A stretch of DNA of 64,000 bases from Nitrospirota bacterium (GTDB lineage: Bacteria > Nitrospirota > Nitrospiria > Nitrospirales > UBA8639). The notes beneath the pieces are model-generated. The model ran no database searches and had not been told where the DNA came from. It was given only the letters and a program-made list of their open reading frames with translations. Positions 60,040 through 64,000 of this stretch are shown in pieces; within the stretch, counting starts at the first letter, position 1; every line of letters starts with the position of its first letter. The stretch spans positions 2,895-66,894 of the forward strand of contig JAQBUF010000006.1 in NCBI GenBank assembly GCA_027623995.1, read 5' to 3'. Position numbers and translations under genes: made by a program.

Positions 60040-61702
60040 CCTAAATCCGGCAGTTGGGGTTTGCCCGAAATGAAGGATCCCCGGTATGGTGGCGGCCATG
60101 AAGACTTCTCCTCCTTCCAAACCTGTTCACCCTGTGGGTGAGGCCTCTCGGCTTCCTTCCACACCCCTTCCTGTCGACACGTATGGCGGCCGCATTCATG
60201 TCGAATGGGATCCCCAAGCAGCTGTGACGCCCCTGGGCCAGTTGCCCTTCTTTATCGAATTCCTCAAAACGGCGGAGTTGTTTGCCCCGTGGGTGCGGGA
60301 TTGTCCGTTGACCTACCACAGTCCCAATGCCCCGCAGAGCATTGATGTACTCGGCACGCTCTTCTTATCGATCCTGTCGGGGCATCATCGGTATGCCCAC
60401 ATCACGACGATTCGGACGGATGGGGTGAATCCAGCCCTGTTAGGCATGCGCAAGGTCTGCAGTGAAGATTCGGTGCGCCGGGCCTTGGGGACGCTCGACG
60501 ACGCCGCCAGTACTCAGTGGCTCCAGACGCATCTGCTGCGGTGTTATGAGCCCTTACTCACCGAACCCTGGATCTTGGATGTGGACGTGACGGTCAAGCC
60601 GCTCTATGGGCATCAAGAGGGCGCCGAGGTGGGGTATAATCCCCACAAACCCGGACGCCCCTCGCACACCTATCACACCTACTTCATCGGGAATCTTCGT
60701 CTGGCGTTGGATGTGGAAGTCCGGCCCGGCAAGCAGACGGCGGCGGCCCATACGCGCCCCGGCTTGTGGCAGTGCCTGCGGCGCCTCCCCCGTGCCACTC
60801 GTCCGGCCTTTCTGCGCGGTGACTGTGCGTATGGCACCGATCAGTTGATGCGGGAAGCCGAAGCTGAGGGCGTGCCGTATCTGTTCAAGCTCAAACAGAC
60901 CAAGCGGGTGAAGGGCTTGATTGAGCGCCTCTTTGCCGAACCCGTCTGGATGCCTGCGGGACAAGGCTGGCAGGGGATCGACACGACGCTCCAATTACAG
61001 GGCTGGGCCCAGGCCCGTCGAGTGATCGTCTTGCGCCGCCGCTTAAAAGACCCGCTGCTCCTCCATAAGACCCATCACGTCACCGGCCAGCAAGTGTGCG
61101 ACTTTGTGGACGCCCTCGAGCCCCGCCGTGTGTATGAGTATGTGGTGTTGGTGACGACCGTACAGGAGGAATTGCTCACCCTGGCGCAACATTATCGTGA
61201 CCGCGCCGACATGGAAAATGTCTTTGATGAACTCAAGAATCAATGGGGGTGGGGCGGCTATACGACGACGGACTTGAAGCGGTGTCAGGTGATGGCGCGG
61301 CAGATTGCGCTCATCTACAACTGGTGGTCGATGTTTGTGCGGTTGGCGATTCCCGGGCGCCATGCGGAAGCGATCACAAGTCGGCCGTTGCTCCTCACGG
61401 CGGTGGGCACGCAGACGCGCCATCAGGGGCAGACGACGCTGACACTCACGAGTGCGCATGCTCAGACCGGCCAGATTCAACGGGCATGGCGAGGGCTGCG
61501 CACCTTTTTCGCCGACTGTCGAGCAACTGCAGAGCAGTGAGGGTGGGCTGCCCTCTGGCGAAAGATGTTGAGTCGGATTTTTGTGGCATTTCTGCGTGGA
61601 AGGCCACTGCATCCTCCGCCATTATTCCCTCATCCGACATAATTTCCTGAGGTGAACGTGGATTTTCTAGGTAGAATCCATCTTCCAACTGCCGTTTTTA
61701 GG
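60040..61702 (+). mobile_element. IS1380-family insertion sequence, 1663 bp
   Basis: TIRs CCTAAATCCGGCAGTTGG / CCAACTGCCGTTTTTAGG. The flanks differ (ATAAA vs TTCAA), so there is no TSD. Confidence 0.88.
60086..61540 (+). CDS. IS1380-family DDE transposase
   Basis: '[26 protein letters not shown]', 'LRGDCAYG', '[15 protein letters not shown]'. Confidence 0.88.
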   Translation: MVAAMKTSPPSKPVHPVGEASRLPSTPLPVDTYGGRIHVEWDPQAAVTPLGQLPFFIEFLKTAELFAPWVRDCPLTYHSPNAPQSIDVLGTLFLSILSGHHRYAHITTIRTDGVNPALLGMRKVCSEDSVRRALGTLDDAASTQWLQTHLLRCYEPLLTEPWILDVDVTVKPLYGHQEGAEVGYNPHKPGRPSHTYHTYFIGNLRLALDVEVRPGKQTAAAHTRPGLWQCLRRLPRATRPAFLRGDCAYGTDQLMREAEAEGVPYLFKLKQTKRVKGLIERLFAEPVWMPAGQGWQGIDTTLQLQGWAQARRVIVLRRRLKDPLLLHKTHHVTGQQVCDFVDALEPRRVYEYVVLVTTVQEELLTLAQHYRDRADMENVFDELKNQWGWGGYTTTDLKRCQVMARQIALIYNWWSMFVRLAIPGRHAEAITSRPLLLTAVGTQTRHQGQTTLTLTSAHAQTGQIQRAWRGLRTFFADCRATAEQ

Positions 61703-64000
61703 TTCAAAGACTCTGCGCTCGACTTGCCGCTAGAAGTGGAAAAGTCGAGTTCACACAGGAGTACGGTCTTCGAGGACAAGACCAGGAAGGGATAGATGTT
61801 TATATTCGTCGTCCCATATCCGACCGCTATTCTGTCTGGCAATGCAAGCGATACCAAAATTTTACTAAGGGAAATTTCAAGGACGCAGTAACTGAGTTTG
61901 AAACGAACGAATGGCTTGGAAAATCAGACGAATTTGTAATTTGCGTTTCTGCCCAAACAGAAGAGCGCGGACTAGCTGATGAGATCGAAGCTCAAAGCCA
62001 ACATTTGCACGCTCACGGAGTAGCGTTGATTCCTTTGGGAATTGTCCAACTGTCTGAACGTCTAAAAGAACATCCAGACTTGGTGGATGATTTCTTTGGA
62101 CGGGAATGGGTTCGGGAATTTTGTGGCCATGATGTTGCAGAAAGAATGGCTAAGCGGGTCCTCAAACCAGAAGAGATATGCCAGTTGCGCACTCTGCTTC
62201 GCCATTGCTATGCCCAATATTTTGAAACGATTGATCCTGGCTTGCCTTCCTTAACGAGCACCATTTTTGGTGGCCCCCAACCACTGCCTTTGCTGGAGCG
62301 GTTTATCTTGCCGGACGTACTTGAGGTACGACAAATCACTCAGATGCAGCAAGCATCGTCAGGAGGCATACCTCATCAGGCGCTTAGCCCGACGAGCCCT
62401 CCACAAAGTCCAGTAAAATCCACAGACCCTGTGGCATCCGGTCGCCAATCCACAAGGATGCTCACAACTCCAACAGAAATTCGAAGGCCAGCATTTGACT
62501 GGCTAATCGATGGTGAACTCTTTGTCGTTATTGGTGACCCCGGAATTGGAAAGAGTAGTTTGTTACGGTACGTTCTACTTGATCTTCTTAGTACTGAACC
62601 CAAACACGAGACACTCGCAATCAAGTGGGGCAATCGTCTTCCCGTATGGGTACCATTTGCTATGTGGACTCGCATGGTCGCGGAATCTGAATCTCGTTGT
62701 TCATTGGCAGATGTCTTGCAAACTTGGCTCCACAAAGTTTGTGCCCCACCGGATCTTGCCGCGCTAGTTCAGCAGGCGTTAGTGGATTCTCGACTTCTCT
62801 TATTCGTAGATGGCCTCGATGAATGGAGCAATGAAACTTCTGCTCGTTCAACTGTTGCCTTACTCGAACAATATGTCGGGGAAAATAAGATTCCTGCTAT
62901 CGCAAGCAGTAGACCATTAGGCTTCGAACGATTAGGTGGCTTGAGTGGTAAATGGCAACGGGCCAAACTCGCGGGACTTATGGCGAGCCAGCAACAGGAA
63001 TTTGCATCTCGCTGGTTCCTACATCAGGCTTGTGTTTCTGATCCCTCGAATAGAGATTCCGTCGACTCATCAACGCAAGCAATTGCTATTGGAAAAGCCA
63101 AGGAGCTTATTAGGGAAATCCAACGAGATGGACGACTAGCTAGACTCGCTGAAATACCATTGCTGCTATCCGGTTTAATAGCCTTAAGCACCCAACAAAT
63201 GCGCCTTCCTAGGAGTCGGTTCAAAGCCTATGAGGAACTCACGCGTCTTCTTTTGCTAGAACAGCCACAACGTCGTGAAAGAGCAGGCCATGCTCGCGCA
63301 TCATTCATTGACTTCAATCATGAAACACGTGAACGAGCGTTGGCTCGGTTGGCATACGCTATTCACCAAGAGCCAGGTAGTGACGCCATCGATAAAGCCA
63401 AAGCCCGTGAAACGTTAAGGGAGTTTTTTACTTCCTTTCTACATAAACAAGATAGTGAAGCCTGGGAGAAAGCTGATCAGCTCCTTGCTCTAGGAGCCGA
63501 CAGCCTTGGCATACTGGTCGAGAAATCACCACAGGAAGTAGGGTTTCCCCACCGGGCTTTTCAGGAGTTCTGCAGCACGCCATCTATACAATCTTCCCTT
63601 TATTGAACAAAAACAGGCAGCCATTAAATTATTTTTGGACCCTCAGTGGCACGACATCCTTCTCTGCCTTTGTCATTTAACCACCCGAACTGGAGAGGTA
63701 GATACACTGGTGGATGCCATCGAAAAGACTTCCCTTGGGATCGAGTTAGAGCCAGCACGCCAAGTCTTTCTTGCCGAGCTTGCCTTCAGCGATCTCAATT
63801 GTTCTGCTCTGGTTGCATCAAGGCTTGCCCAGGACACTTTTGATGCCATTGAAACCAATACATGGATAACGTTACGGAGGCAGCTCTTAGATTGTGCTTT
63901 AGAGGGATTACACTCTGACCTCCTTCGAAATGACACAGAGAAGCGTATTCGCTTCTGGTATCCCTCCCGCCATAAATTCCTTAGAGGGGTGTTTCAGGCG
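61703..64000 (+). pseudogene. PD-(D/E)xK nuclease-NACHT/STAND NTPase defence-like protein; 5' end cut by the IS, frameshift near 63570, runs off the window
   Basis: The frame upstream of 62005 reads QRLCARLA...YGLRGQDQEGIDVY...WQCKRY. Walker A 'GDPGIGKS', Walker B 'LFVDGLDE', 'PLLL', 'F.HRAFQEF'. A shifted frame continues AARHLYNLPF... to the window end. Confidence 0.82.

Overview
Bacterial chromosomal window, probably from a Nitrospirota (Nitrospirales-like) organism. That assignment is inferred from the intergenic repeat family and the gene content. Housekeeping and metabolic genes include soxC plus a SoxD-like cytochrome fused to a TPR domain, alpha-carbonic anhydrase, a GH15 hydrolase, mscS, a DHH-CBS tRNA nucleotidyltransferase, aas, an NCS2 permease and an SLC13 transporter. 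These are interleaved with accessory DNA. The most striking structure is not visible in the ORF track. At two loci, small toxin-antitoxin-like cassettes sit directly behind a protein-coding gene and are bounded by a second copy of that gene's 3' end. One is the GH15 gene (99-bp copy with a 44-bp identical core). The other is a sigma54 activator (three tandem ~200-bp ends with graded decay). No integrase is present in the window. Other notable items: an MNIO (DUF692)/DUF2063 pair with no obvious precursor, next to a ferritin-like diiron protein and a glycosyltransferase; two exported truncated hemoglobins in a two-component locus; an IS5; an IS1380 that truncates a hydrolase and abuts a nuclease-NACHT defence gene; an IS1380-derived 163-bp MITE; several REP/MITE repeats; and a 27-aa Lys-rich smORF. 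No rRNA, tRNA or CRISPR array was seen. All family calls come from motif recognition, not database searches.
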